Assembly (NCBI GenBank): GCA_950097015.1
Contig: CATNEN010000039.1
Location: forward strand, 4,960,001-5,024,000
DNA length: 64,000 nt
From: Macrostomum hystrix
Taxonomy: Eukaryota; Animalia; Platyhelminthes
Reading direction: 5' to 3'
Position numbers and translations under genes: made by a program. The notes beneath the pieces are model-generated. The model did no database searches. It was not told where the DNA came from and saw only the letters and a program-made list of their open reading frames with translations. Positions 35,815 to 49,810 of this stretch are shown here, in pieces. The stretch's first letter is position 1; every line of letters begins with the position of its first letter.

Positions 35815-38800
35815 CCTCCTGTCTCTCAAATCTCTTTCCTCCTGTCTCTCAAATCTCTTTCCTCCTGTCTCTCAAATCTCTTTCCTCCTGTCTCTCAAAT
35901 CTCTTTCCTCCTGTCTCTCAAATCTCTTTCCTCCTGTCTCTCAAATCTCTTTCCTCCTGTCTCTCAAATCTCTTTCCTCCTGTCTCTCAAATCTCTTTCC
36001 TCCTGTCTCTCAAATCTCTTTCCTCCTGTCTCTCAAATCTCTTTCCTCCTGTCTCAAATCTCTTTCCTCCTGTCTCTCAAATCTCTTTCCTCCTGTCTCT
36101 CAAATCTCTTTCCTCCTGTCTCAAATCTCTTTCCTCCTGTCTCTCAAATCTCTTTCCTCCTGTCTCTCAAATCTCTTTCCTCCTGTCTCAAGTCTCTTTT
36201 CTCCTGTCTCTCAAATCTCTTTCCTCCTGTCTCTCAAATCTCTTTCCTCCTGTCTCTCAAATCTCTTTTCTCCTGTCTCTCAAATCTCTTTCCTCCTGTC
36301 TCTCAAATCTCTTTCCTCCTGTCTCTCAAATCTCTTTCCTCCTGTCTCTCAAATCTCTTTCCTCCTGTCTCTCAAATCTCTTTCCTCCTGTCTCTCAAAT
36401 CTCTTTCCTCCTGTCTCTCAAATCTCTTTCCTCCTGTCTCTCAAGTCTCTTTTCTCCTGTCTCTCAAATCTCTTTCCTCCTGTCTCTCAAATCTCTTTCC
36501 TCCTGTCTCTCAAATCTCTTTCCTCCTGTCTCTCAAATCTCTTTCCTCCTGTCTCTCAAATATCTTTTCTCCTGTCTCTCAAATCTCTTTCCTCCTGTCT
36601 CTCAAGTCTCTTTCCTCCTGTCTCTCAAGTCTCTTTCCTCCTGTCTCTCAAATCTCTTTCCTCCTGTCTCTCAAATCTCTTTCCTCCTGTCTCTCAAGTC
36701 TCTTTCCTCCTGTCTCTCAAATCTCTTTCCTCCTGTCTCTCAAATCTCTTTCCTCCTGTCTCTCAAATCTCTTTCCTCCTGTCTCTCAAATCTCTTTCCT
36801 CCTGTCTCTCAAATCTCTTTCCTCCTGTCTCTCAAATCTCTTTCCTCCTGTCTCTCAAATCTCTTTTCTCATGTCTCTCAAGTCTCTTTCCTCCTGTCTC
36901 TCAAATATCTTTTCTCCTGTCTCTCAAATCTCTTTCCTCCTGTCTCTCAAGTCTCTTTCCTCCTGTCTCTCAAATCTCTTTCCTCCTGTCTCTCAAATCT
37001 CTTTCCTCCTGTCTCTCAAATCTCTTTCCTCCTGTCTCTCAAATCTCTTTCCTCCTGTCTCTCAAATCTCTTTCCTCCTGTCTCTCAAATCTCTTTCCTC
37101 CTGTCTCTCAAATCTCTTTTCTCATGTCTCTCAAGTCTCTTTCCTTCTGTCTCTCAAATATCTTTTCTCCTGTCTCTCAAATCTCTTTCCTCCTGTGTCT
37201 CAAGTCTCTTTCCTCCTGTCTCTCAAATCTCTTTCCTCCTGTCTCTCAAATCTCTTTCCTCCTGTCTCTCAAATATCTTTTCTCCTGTCTCTCAAATCTC
37301 TTTCCTCCTGTCTCTCAAATCTCTTTCCTCCTGTCTCTCAAATCTCTTTCCTCCTGTCTCTCAAGTCTCTTTCCTCCTGTCTCTCAAATCTCTTTCCTCC
37401 TGTCTCTCAAATCTCTTTCCTCCTGTCTCTCAAATCTCTTTCCTCCTGTCTCTCAAATCTCTTTCCTCCTGTCTCTCAAATCTCTTTCCTCCTGTCTCTC
37501 AAATCTCTTTCCTCCTGTCTCTCAAATCTCTTTTCTCATGTCTCTCAAGTCTCTTTCCTCCTGTCTCTCAAATATCTTTTCTCCTGTCTCTCAAATCTCT
37601 TTCCTCCTGTCTCTCAAGTCTCTTTCCTCCTGTCTCTCAAATCTCTTTCCTCCTGTCTCTCAAATCTCTTTCCTCCTGTCTCTCAAATCTCTTTCCTCCT
37701 GTCTCTCAAGTCTCTTTCCTCCTGTCTCTCAAATCTCTTTCCTCCTGTCTCTCAAATCTCTTTCCTCCTGTCTCTCAAGTCTCTTTCCTCCTGTCTCTCA
37801 AATCTCTTTCCTCCTGTCTCTCAAATCTCTTTTCTCCTGTCTCTCAAATCTCTTTCCTCCTGTCTCTCAAATCTCTTTCCTCCTGTCTCTCAAATCTCTT
37901 TCCTCCTGTCTCTCAAATCTCTTTCCTCCTGTCTCTCAAATCTCTTTCCTCCTGTCTCTCAAATCTCTTTCCTCCTGTCTCTCAAATCTCTTTCCTCCTG
38001 TCTCTCAAGTCTCTTTTCTCCTGTCTCTCAAATCTCTTTCCTCCTGTCTCTCAAATCTCTTTCCTCCTGTCTCTCAAATCTCTTTCCTCCTGTCTCTCAA
38101 ATCTCTTTCCTCCTGTCTCTCAAATATCTTTTCTCCTGTCTCTCAAATCTCTTTCCTCCTGTCTCTCAAGTCTCTTTCCTCCTGTCTCTCAAGTCTCTTT
38201 CCTCCTGTCTCTCAAATCTCTTTCCTCCTGTCTCTCAAATCTCTTTCCTCCTGTCTCTCAAGTCTCTTTCCTCCTGTCTCTCAAATCTCTTTCCTCCTGT
38301 CTCTCAAATCTCTTTCCTCCTGTCTCTCAAATCTCTTTCCTCCTGTCTCTCAAATCTCTTTCCTCCTGTCTCTCAAATCTCTTTCCTCCTGTCTCTCAAA
38401 TCTCTTTCCTCCTGTCTCTCAAATCTCTTTTCTCATGTCTCTCAAGTCTCTTTCCTCCTGTCTCTCAAATATCTTTTCTCCTGTCTCTCAAATCTCTTTC
38501 CTCCTGTCTCTCAAGTCTCTTTCCTCCTGTCTCTCAAATCTCTTTCCTCCTGTCTCTCAAATCTCTTTCCTCCTGTCTCTCAAATCTCTTTCCTCCTGTC
38601 TCTCAAATCTCTTTCCTCCTGTCTCTCAAATCTCTTTCCTCCTGTCTCTCAAATCTCTTTCCTCCTGTCTCTCAAATCTCTTTTCTCATGTCTCTCAAGT
38701 CTCTTTCCTCCTGTCTCTCAAATATCTTTTCTCCTGTCTCTCAAATCTCTTTCCTCCTGTCTCTCAAGTCTCTTTCCTCCTGTCTCTCAAATCTCTTTCC

Positions 38801-39779
38801 TCCTGTCTCTCAAATCTCTTTCCTCCTGTCTCTCAAATATCTTTTCTCCTGTCTCTCAAATCTCTTTCCTCCTGTCTCTCAAATCTCTTTCCTCCTGTCT
38901 CTCAAATCTCTTTCCTCCTGTCTCTCAAGTCTCTTTCCTCCTGTCTCTCAAATCTCTTTCCTCCTGTCTCTCAAATCTCTTTCCTCCTGTCTCTCAAATC
39001 TCTTTCCTCCTGTCTCTCAAATCTCTTTCCTCCTGTCTCTCAAATCTCTTTCCTCCTGTCTCTCAAATCTCTTTCCTCCTGTCTCTCAAATCTCTTTTCT
39101 CATGTCTCTCAAGTCTCTTTCCTCCTGTCTCTCAAATATCTTTTCTCCTGTCTCTCAAATCTCTTTCCTCCTGTCTCTCAAGTCTCTTTCCTCCTGTCTC
39201 TCAAATCTCTTTCCTCCTGTCTCTCAAATCTCTTTCCTCCTGTCTCTCAAATCTCTTTCCTCCTGTCTCTCAAATATCTTTTCTCCTGTCTCTCAAATCT
39301 CTTTCCTCCTGTCTCTCAAATCTCTTTCCTCCTGTCTCTCAAATCTCTTTCCTCCTGTCTCTCAAATCTCTTTCCTCCTGTCTCTCAAATCTCTTTTCTC
39401 CTGTCTCTCAAATCTCTTTCCTCCTGTCTCTCAAATCTCTTTCCTCCTGTCTCTCAAATCTCTTTCCTCCTGTCTCTCAAATCTCTTTCCTCCTGTCTCT
39501 CAAATCTCTTTCCTCCTGTCTCTCAAATCTCTTTCCTCCTGTCTCTCAAATATCTTTCCTCCTGTCTCTCAAATCTCTTTTCTCCTGTCTCTCAAATCTC
39601 TTTCCTCCTGTCTCTCAAATCTCTTTCCTCCTGTCTCTCAAATCTCTTTCCTCCTGTCTCTCAAATCTCTTTCCTCCTGTCTCTCAAATCTCTTTCCTCC
39701 TGTCTCTCAAATCTCTTTCCTCCTGTCTCTCAAATATCTTTCCTCCTGTCTCTCAAATCTCTTTTCTCCTGTCTCTCAG
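35815..39779. repeat. 23-bp polypyrimidine/polypurine minisatellite (about 170 copies) upstream of ATP2C1
   Basis: CTCTCAAATCTCTTTCCTCCTGT; explains the three overlapping ORFs of about 1360 aa. Confidence 0.98.
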
Positions 39780-42287
39780 ATATATTTTTTCTGCCTCTAA
39801 AACCTCACCTGTGTCACTCAGACCTTACCTTGCGCATCAAGTGTATTAGTTAGAGAAAATTTCATTATTGGACTGTTCATGTTTATAAAATCTAAAACCT
39901 ATCAACCAGATATTGTCTAAGAAAACTTAACCTGTTTTGTCAATTATAAATTTCTTAAAATAAAAAAGAAGAAGAGATCAACAATTTTTTTGCTTTTTTT
40001 CAAATAATGGGATTGGCTGGGCTACTAAAACTGTGTAATTAGGTGTATAAACTGATAGGCAAGTATTCAGTAATATAAATTATATAATAATTAAAAAGCT
40101 AACACGCCTTTAAACAACAAACTTAGCAGTTTTATATTAGTGCTAAAAACTGAAAACTGAAAAAAGCGTAAGCGTAACACAGCAGAACTCTAAATAAACA
40201 ATTGTGCAGTTTCTGAGTAATTAGAAATCTAACAATTCAAATAAGCGAATGCTCGCAGAATAGGTAAATATAACTGCTTGTATAAACAAAAAGATACTCT
40301 GTGTGCCTACAGAATGGTGATAAAAAGATTTAATAACAAAAAACTACAAATAAAGAATGCGTACAACACTCATAACTAAACTGGGTTGGTAGAGGAAAAC
40401 TACAGAAACAGGAAAATCCCTATTACAAATGATGACACGAGATTCTACAAAAGTGACGGACAATACTTATTATAGAATGAGTTACTACTCAAGCATCAAT
40501 AAATTAGCATAGAACCCCGACTTTGAGTCACTGAAAAAAACAGAATAGTAAAATCTGATATGACATCCAGTGTGTGAAAATTGATGACATAAAGCATTGC
40601 TTAATACTGCCAATTGCTAAAGTTCAATTAACTGTTTTGCTAGACAAAAAACCTGTTGCAGACAATAATAAATATCACGTTTATAAAGATACTCCAGATT
40701 ATGTTTAAAGAACATAGATTACAAAAAGGTAAAATATGAGCTTGAAAGCGCTGTATAATTAATTAAAGGACTTAAAAATCAAATTAGTTACTGATCGATT
40801 GCTGCCGACAAAAAGGCAATTATTATTATAGACTAATACAGTTAACTAGCAATTTAATTATGACACATCTTGAAGGCTTAGTTAAACTGCACAATGTTCA
40901 ATCAGCAGTGGGTGTCTCTGTGTCAGAACAATTATTTGAAAGGCCTGTTTAGTAAAAAATATACTAATACAAACTGAAAAAAGAAGTTAAACATTAAAGT
41001 GCAGTTAACAGATATATCTAGCATTATTTACATTAGCAAATATCAATATTTGTTAGGCTGCTCTCAACGAACAGTGAAAGAATATCATTATTATAATATA
41101 GAAGATTTCAGAAAGCACTCTAGAAATTGTATTATTGTAGAATTGCAGCAAGACTATTTAGGAGTACTTGTACACGTCACGTCAACTGACACTTGTTATA
41201 ATGCCTAGTTAATAAAAAGAAATAGGTAAATAAAACATTGGTTTACATGTGGTCCATGTGCTAAAAACGGATAGTGCTTTCTACAGATTTAAAGAAAACA
41301 AAAAACTCAATATAAATAGTAAATTGCATGTTCTAGCAGCAATATTTATATATTCTAGACACAACACACAAGATTAAAATTTGAGACACCCGCAGAGCTC
41401 GAAACTAGGTGGGAAAAAATGTGACGACGGAAAAAATAATAAAGTACAACAGCGAAATGATACATTCAGAGAAGCATTTTCAAATGATCCAACACTAACA
41501 CATTCGGATAAGTAAACCGCTGTTTAATGGCCTGCTAATAAATACCTAGCAAAATAGTCTTACAGCAATATTGGGCCTACTAAAATTCACAAATTCACAC
41601 AAGAAATAAAATTACTTCAGGTCCAATCGATCCTTGGCTATTCCAAGCCTAAATTCCAGATTTGGTTAAAAATCTAGAATATTTCTAAACTCCTTACCAT
41701 TTATTTTGTAACAGTAAAACTACCAATGGAGATAATCCCTATGAGAATTTTTCACGAAATTTCACCCCTTTACACGAATTAGCACTGCGCCTCAAGGCGG
41801 CATTTACAGGTCTTAAAAATTTACCAGCATGTCTCCCGAATGTGCCTGCATAATTTCCGTCTTCGATGGTCACCTACCATTATCTACATGGACTGCAGGA
41901 CCTTCAGGGATACAAAAGGTAGAACTCGGCCACTATGGACACCCTGAAGCTAATTTCTCAAATTTCATTGATCAAGCCTAAATACCTAAAACAGTACACC
42001 ATCCCCAGGTCTGTCAACCATTCAATTGCGCTGCCAAAAATGGTATAAAAACTGGCGGCAAATGGCTTGGTAGTTCTACCTACTGTTAATTCCAGTAAAT
42101 ATATTTATTAAAAAAAACTAGGCCTAGAAAAGTATTGAGAAGGGAAAAACGAAATTCCATGCTTCTAAACAGGAGGGGGGTTGATTTTACTAGTCTTCGA
42201 TACTAAATGATTTCATTAATCTTCTAAGTATAAAATCCTTAAAAATATAGATTACGCAGTCATTGCTCATCAGTAAAACTGCACAAC

Positions 42288-42791
42288 TTAGCACTTCTTG
42301 GAGGCCGACCGAGCAGCCGGGCACTTGACCACGCCACGCTTCTGAGCCTGCCGCCTAACCGACGTGCTCCGCAGAGCAGCCACCTGATTCCGGCGGTTTA
42401 AGGCAGTCCGACTCAGCTCGACTTTGGCACGTGTGCGCGACGCCGCAGCCGACGCCGCTTTGGCAGACTGGCGCAAGGCTAAGGCAGACGTAGCAGGGGA
42501 CGATGAATTGGCAGTGACGACAGCGGCGGCCGCCCGGGTAGAAGACGACTCCACTGTCACTGCAGCCGATTCGTCATTCGCCTCATCAATGTTGGCAGAT
42601 TCATTTTCATCGGCAGACATTGGCGTGGCGGAGCTGCTGCTGCTGCCACTGCCGCCCTCAGCACCAGCGTCAGCCAGTAGGAATCCATCGTCCACATAGT
42701 CGTCAGCATCGCCATAATTAACAAGGGTCCATCCATCGCGGTCCTCAACAGTGGTTAGCACCTTTCCATTATTAGTGTTGCTGGCGGCCAT
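42288..42791 (-). CDS. TP53INP/DOR-family-like autophagy protein (LIR motif), 167 aa
   Basis: Single GC-rich ORF. N-terminal EDRDGWTLVN resembles the TP53INP LIR; basic C-terminal LSRTALNRRNQ resembles the DOR LxRxxLxRxN motif. Acceptor CTTTTGCAG about 80 nt upstream. Confidence 0.62.
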   Translation of the reverse strand: MAASNTNNGKVLTTVEDRDGWTLVNYGDADDYVDDGFLLADAGAEGGSGSSSSSATPMSADENESANIDEANDESAAVTVESSSTRAAAAVVTANSSSPATSALALRQSAKAASAAASRTRAKVELSRTALNRRNQVAALRSTSVRRQAQKRGVVKCPAARSASKKC

Positions 42792-45700
42792 GACTGTGCA
42801 AGTTTTGGCTATTTGGCGAATTCGTTAGTAATGTGAGCTAAGATTTCTTTTCTAGGTTGAAATTTGCAAAGCTGCAAAAGAGGACCCAGTTGAGTTTACA
42901 TTGATTGACATTGAGAGGTACTAACAAGTAACTGAGAATTGCAAAGGTACATACTTGGTAATAAAACTGCACCTTTGAATTTCTTTAATAATAATAAGCT
43001 GATACATTTAAAACAGTCAAAGATATTAGGTAATATTTTTCGCCAGAAGTAAACAGTAATAATAATAATACATTAGTAGTTTAAAAAAGTAAATGTTTTG
43101 GCACTACAGATAAAAAATTCAACAATAGGGCATCACTGTCGAATTTATTAATTACTGTTTCATGTGTTGTTATACGCTATTTTTTATATTTAAAAACTTA
43201 TCTGCAGATGGAATTTAATACCATTATTCAAGGCACTCACCTTTTTGTAAGCTAAGTTGACCATAATGACAATTGACAAGCTACCTATCTATATATATTA
43301 AAATATTTCATCATGCCAAATTATCTGGGTTTAGCTAGCCCAAACTAGTCCAACAAATATAGGAATTTAAATCCTAAATACAGCATCAGGAATTCTGATC
43401 TAGTCTAATCTACAATACTTCTCTATCTTTTAAGGGTAAATTTAAATGAGCTTAAAACCAAGAGAGTGAATTCACATATAGATGATAAAGTGAAGAGTCA
43501 AACATAAATGTCCCATCGTTTGATTCACCTGGCCTTAACAGTTAAATGTTTCTTAATAAAAAATGAAGTCAAAAATGTTTAAGACATTTGCGATTACATC
43601 CATATATAGCTACACAAAAATATATAGCTAATACTTAACACTTTCAGGGCTTAGCTAGAGGGTGTTTTAAAAGCAAGGAGATAAGAATATAATCAATTGA
43701 GATAAAACTAAATCTATCGTGTACAAATATTTAATGATGAAGAAGTGAACACCAAACCAACAAACTATTTTTTTCAGTTAGCAAAAGTAAGCTTGATTGA
43801 ATAAGTTGATCAAAACTGATGATTTATACTGCTACTAAGAAGATAGTGTTTAAAAGAAAACAAAATATAAGAAAACATGTATTTAAAAAATGTGACAATT
43901 AATTGGATTTTTTTACATAAAAATTTATTTTGTTATATTTGCATAAATGCTAATTATTTTTGTTTTAATTGGTACAAACATTTTGTTTAACTGACACCAA
44001 ACAGAAAAAAATAGTTTAAATAATAGAAGAAAACCCAAGGAGAACAAAAGCCAGTTATATAGTTAAATAGACAAAGAATAATTTTTACTTGTATATTGCT
44101 ACTTAAGAAGTTATATAGATATAAGACAAAAAATTAGGCCTACAACTTAAGTGGCAGAAAAAAACTAGGATTTTAGGAACAGCATAGTGAAAACTTAGCA
44201 TAGTGAATACTATTCAGCAAGACAGTAACAACTTTGCTTGGTATGTATCTATGTGGCAAAAAATAGGGAGACACACTAGGCCTAGCACACAAAAAATACA
44301 TTTAATATAGTAGACCCTAGTGAAGTGGCCTAGGCTAATACAATTTTTTGAATACAAAAGGCCAGGCACTGGTTGGGTACAGTTAATGAATGACTAGTAC
44401 TAGGCCTACCCTATCGCCATTTCAATGTAGAATCATAAACCAGACAATAAAATTTTTACTGTGGGGCAAATTTAGATGTTTACATGCAACCCTGATCAAC
44501 AGAATTTGTAGAGTATGGTAGCTCTGCATAGGCCTATTCTGGTAAGCAGCTAAGGACTTAACTAGAAATATATAAGATCTCCGCTAAATCACTAGGCTTA
44601 GGCCTACTTTTGGCTTTATCTTTTTGAAGCTGTGTGTGGTGTTGAGTCCACTGGGGTCTGTCTAGAGTATAGGCCTATGCTATAAATGTAAAAAAACTGC
44701 ACGGAGAATGTTTCTAAACTCAAGTTAGAAATACTAGTTATAAAAATCGGTAGTTCAAATAAGAGGCATATCAAGCGAAAATGCACTTCAATGATAATTG
44801 TGCACCAGTCGGTCAATTGGTCACTCGTTGCAATGCAAGGCTGCTTAGTCAGTCAGTCGAAGAAACATAAAGTTTAAAGTAGAAAAATAGTCTAAGCATA
44901 ATATAATATAAAGCCGCACTAAATAGCGCTTCTAAAAGGCATTCTCGCACATTCATGCTTAGAAATATTGTAGTATTCTGGCAAAAAACCTTATCAGAAG
45001 CGTCTGATCTTAGAATAAATGTAGCAAAATATTCAGAGTAAGGACACACTTGAAATCGTAGACATTTAAGAAAGACTGGGTTTAACAAAGTTTTTACGAT
45101 AATTAAAAAAAATTATCCTAACTGTATGAAGTACAATTTTTATACATTATGTGATTTATAAATTTAAATGTAAAATTTAATGTAATAATGTAATGTAATA
45201 ATGTAAAATTGTCACCGTTAGCTATACATATTTTTCTGTGCTTTTCGTGTCAATACTTTATGCATTCTTATGCATTATTATGCATTCTTATATCGAGTTC
45301 ATTTGTTTAATGCAAAAACGCCAGCTAGTGCATTCAATAGGAATTTTTATTTTGCTGCTTTTTTATCGCCACACAATCGGGCAAGTTTATGTTAACCGTC
45401 AAGCTGCCTGTTTTACGGTTGACGATTGACGAACTGCACGTCAATCAGCCAGTTATCGACTTTTGATGTTGACTTTAGTTGTAAACGCTTTTTTGGTATT
45501 AAGTTTATGGTACAATTACATACATGTATGGCATAGAAGTACATTGCAGAAGAACAGCTTCCAATCGAAAGCAATCAGCATTGAAACCTGAATAAAATGA
45601 AAATTTCGTATCTCCGCAGTCTTTTTTTTCGCGAAAGCCAACCTTCCATTTTTTAAGAAATGAAGTTTTCCGTCCTTCTACTCATAGTGGTCCTTGACTC

Positions 45701-48164
45701 GTTTCCACGTCGCTAATTCAATCTTGATAACTATAAAGCTGTAACTTAGTCCTTGTCTAAATTCCAAAGATATAGAAGTCTAGCTGGGACCACTTGACAT
45801 AGGATTACACAATATTTTATGCATTTGTGTCATCAGTTTAGTTAGCTGCCATATTAACGCACTTTTTGATACACAAAGTGGAGCATTAATCCAAAACCAG
45901 CATGTTTCGATGAACCAATTTATTCAAGTAAGCATTTTAGATTACATTTTATTTGTAAATTACTATTATAGGTTCCTGTTGCTTAATTCCTTATTTATAT
46001 TTATAATTACTAATTCACTGTTCCTACGTAATTATCGAAAGTGCTTAAAATTGTCGCAGAACTTGTCACTTATTATTAAATCTTTATATACTTTGTTTGA
46101 ACACTTAATCTGATGTCATTGAATATTATCGTACGTTTAAGTTCGCAAAATCACTTCTATTTATAGCTGTTCTTTACGTAAATGTGAATTCGTATAAAAA
46201 ATCGTGCTCGCTACGTAGCAATGTTACATATATACTGTTAAAGACCAAATTGTTTGTTAAGTACTTTCTACTATCTGATCAGTTTTATACGTCGATTTAA
46301 TACTAATGAGTAATGGCTGCTGAGACTGACATGTAAGTTCAGAATGTGGAACTGGAAGCTGGTAGCGCAAGCACATAAAATATATATTTTATAAATTATT
46401 CACTAGGTTTCAACATCAGCCCTTAGTGTTGCTGAGTTATTTAAATAATTTTATCTATATGATAGATAACCCAAGAAACTTGAATCTGAATAAAAAGCTT
46501 TTTTATATTGGGAGAAAGTTATACTCATTTTAGGCTTATTGAAATTTAATCCTTTAAAATACTTTGGGTCTTCCAATCGACTTGAAACTTCACCCAATGT
46601 CTTCTAGTGCCACTAGAAAATAGTGGGTTAGTGACTCATTATCTTTAATAAGTTTGTAGCTTGCCCGTAGGCTGTAACTTAAAAATGTATATGTAGAGTA
46701 ATTAGAACAAGTTTGTCTTTAGTTTTTATGAAAAAGAAAATTAAAACTAGGCTGAAATTTTTTAATGAACAATAAGAGCTTTATTGCAAGAATGTAGTTG
46801 TTGCTGTTATTAGTCATCATTGTCCTTAGGCAGTTAGGCTCACCCTATAATATATCATATTAATCTTCAATAGGTTCCAATGTCTCTTTTAAAGTTTAAT
46901 CCTATTTATTCGTCATATAGATTTTGCCTATTTTACCTGACCAAAAACCCTTTAATCACCATGTCCTGCTTAGCGTGGTATTTCTATGTATTGGGTCCTT
47001 GCAAAAGCCTTTAGGCTTAAGGCCATCCAATTAAAAATATGAGTAGGGTAATGTATCATCAACCAAACAAGAATGTGTATTTTTTTAACTTCAAACCTAA
47101 GCTACAGATTTTCTATTTAAGATATGATGATAAATTAAAAGCCAAGTTATAGAAAACAGTTACATCTTTCTAAAAAGTATCTGCTTTTGCTATTTTGTCA
47201 AATAGAAAAAAAGTTATTCCTGCTTTTTATCTAAAACCGAACAATGATTTTCATGTAGGCCTATCTTCAAACCAAACAGAGAATTTGATGTTTGGTTGTA
47301 CAATTTGAGTGAGTGGTTTAATCTTATTTTAAGGAGTGAACTATCATGAATTATGTAATTTGAAAGCATTTTTCATGCTCTATAAATAACTACATTTATG
47401 GTCATTTAATTGGCAAGCAACCACATACAATTTTTGTTTAAAGTACATACTGAAAAAATGTTGTTAAAAAGTATGCTTTTGCAATAAAAATTTCTACTGA
47501 AACATCAATATCTTTCTTTTCTCTTAATGCTTCATTGCACATCATGCCTCAGCTTGTAGATAGTTTCTTCAACTTTCAAATTAGTTGTTCTGTGAAACAC
47601 AATAGCTTGTTTCTATCTTGCACAAGACCAAGGAAGGAGTCAAAATTCTTGTTCGGTTTTGAAGATACACTGTTCGGTTGATGATACATTACCCTAATCA
47701 TCAATAGGTCTCCTTGACTCTATTGAAGTTTAATCCTATATATTTGCTATTTTCCACAAATAAATCACCCAAAATACCTACTTAAAAAAACATTTTTCCC
47801 TATATGCCACAAAGTGTGGTGATCCCATGATAGGGAAGCCATTCCATAGAAAGTGGTTGTAGATGGAGCAAAATGGTTTTCTTTTCTTAACTCAGCACCC
47901 CAAAAATAGACATAGATTTATGTGGCTACTAAAACTGGAAAAATTTTATAAGAATAAAATCTGCTTGTTACAAAAATCAACATTCTTTCAAATTAATTTT
48001 GTAGGTATGTCTAGAAAATGTCTGCTTTATGATTGTCACTAAAACATTTGAAGCATATCATCGATTTTCTTATCTAAACTTCCAAACACTAGCCTGACAA
48101 TTCGTTTTAACATAAAATTCTATTTTATATGCATCTTAGGCCACCTGAGGCACACGAATCTCAG

Positions 48165-49810
48165 ATGCTGCCATCTATCTCCTCAAAAACATGCTCCTAT
48201 CGCCGCCTACTGCCATGGAATTGGCGGCCCACAAGCAGTTTCGCTCTGGCCTACGCTGAGGAGATTGTATTTCATCGTGAGCATTGGCTGGTTCTATTTA
48301 CTGACTTCTTTTGCACATATGGAGATTGCTAGCAAGAAATGGTGAAACATTACAAGTCTTGGGTTAGAATCAGATAGCCTAACTAATTAAGATTGAGATT
48401 CCCAGAATCTAAAATCCTTTGAATTCAGGATGGCGATCTCCAGGTAAAAACTCTCAAATTCTGAATATCGGAGTTTTAGAATCTCGCAAAAAAATTAGTA
48501 TTGCAAAGTGCTGGATTATGATGTCATTTTTACCGGATTTTTACGTCAATAATCACTTCATCTAATATCTAATCAGGCGTTCAAGACTGCGAGCTGGAAG
48601 CGAAATTCGTCCACCTGCCGGGCGGGGTACAGATTCGGACAGTTCGGGCCACCTCCGGCCAGGAGCCGGCCTACCTGGCCCGGACGCCTCTTGTACTTTT
48701 GCACGGCATGGGCGCCGGTGTCGGCCTCTGGTGCAAAAACTTCGGCCCGCTGTCTCGCCAGCGCCCAGTTTACGCTGTGGACCTATTAGGCTTCGGTCGG
48801 AGCAGCCGGGTGGCTTTCCCGGCCGAGCCGGAGCTCTGCGAAGCCGCATTCGTTCGCTCCATAGAAGAATGGCGAGTAGCTGAGGGCCTGGACCAGGTGA
48901 TCCTGCTTGGCCACAGCTTTGGCGGCTACCTGGCATTCAACTATGCGCTGCGTAATCCCGGCTCGGTTAGGAAGCTCATTCTTGCCGATCCGTGGGGATT
49001 AGTTGAACGACCGGATAATCACAGGCCCACCCGGCGTTGGGTTGGCGTCGTTGGCAACCTGCTGCACAGATTCGATCCGCTGGCTGTGGTCCGGGCGGCC
49101 GGCCCCTTTGGCCCGTCCTTGATTCGACGCTTTCGAGGGGACATTCAGGTGAGGGGACTTTCAGTGGCGAGTATATGTTCGAGACGATGATGGTGATGAA
49201 GGCAGAGCGAGGGTGATAAAGGGAGGCATTGATGAAGGGTGAGAGAGACTGATAAAGGAATGGGGGGTGATGAACGTATTGACAAGGTAATGAAGTGAGA
49301 CAAAGTCATAGGTAAAGAAAAATAGTAATGAAAAGAAAGCTATAAAAGAATCTGCTTTGACTAAATCCAAAGGCCTACTTTGACAACGGCGTCACCGATG
49401 ACGACATTGGCGCCTCCGAGGCGGCCACATCGGCGCCCGAGTCGGTAGAGCGAGCTCACGACATTCTGGACTACATCTATCACTGCAATGCTCAGCCTGC
49501 CAGCGGCGAGACCGGATTTCGCTACCTGGCCGCACCGTTAGGCTTCGCCCAGCGGCCGCTGTTTCCTCGCCTCGCCCAGCTGGAGCCGCGCCTGCCTGTG
49601 TCGCTGATCTACGGCGGCCGCAGCTGGCTGTTCCGCTTCGGCCGGCTAGCCGACGCGCCCGATCTGGCCGACGAATTCCGGAGCCGATTCGGGCCGCGGC
49701 CGGGCCCCGTGTCCGTGCGCTGCATGCCGGACTGCAATCATCACCTGTACGCTGAAGACTCGGACCTGTTCAACCGGCTGGTGCAGTCTGAGACTGCCGG
49801 TCTTGCCTGA
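48165..49810 (+). CDS. ABHD4: ABHD4/ABHD5-like alpha/beta hydrolase, copy A; join(48165..48276, 48577..49148, 49373..49810)
   Basis: WRPTS..LAYAE, LLHGMGAG, DLLGFGRSSR, GHSFGGY, LADPWG, YHCNAQ..SGETGF, HHLYAED. Junctions keep frame; start ATG tentative. Confidence 0.88.

Noticed and set aside
35694-39853. Three overlapping ORFs of 1357-1374 aa
   Set aside because: Translation of a stop-free 23-bp unit; the same peptide cycles through all three frames
41780-42060. Possible further decayed SINE in the TP53INP-like 3' region
   Set aside because: Only compositional hints; no second copy, A/B boxes or TSD visible
44800-45500. Bidirectional promoter between the divergent TP53INP-like and ABHD-A genes
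   Set aside because: Plausible from gene orientation, but no specific motif supports coordinates
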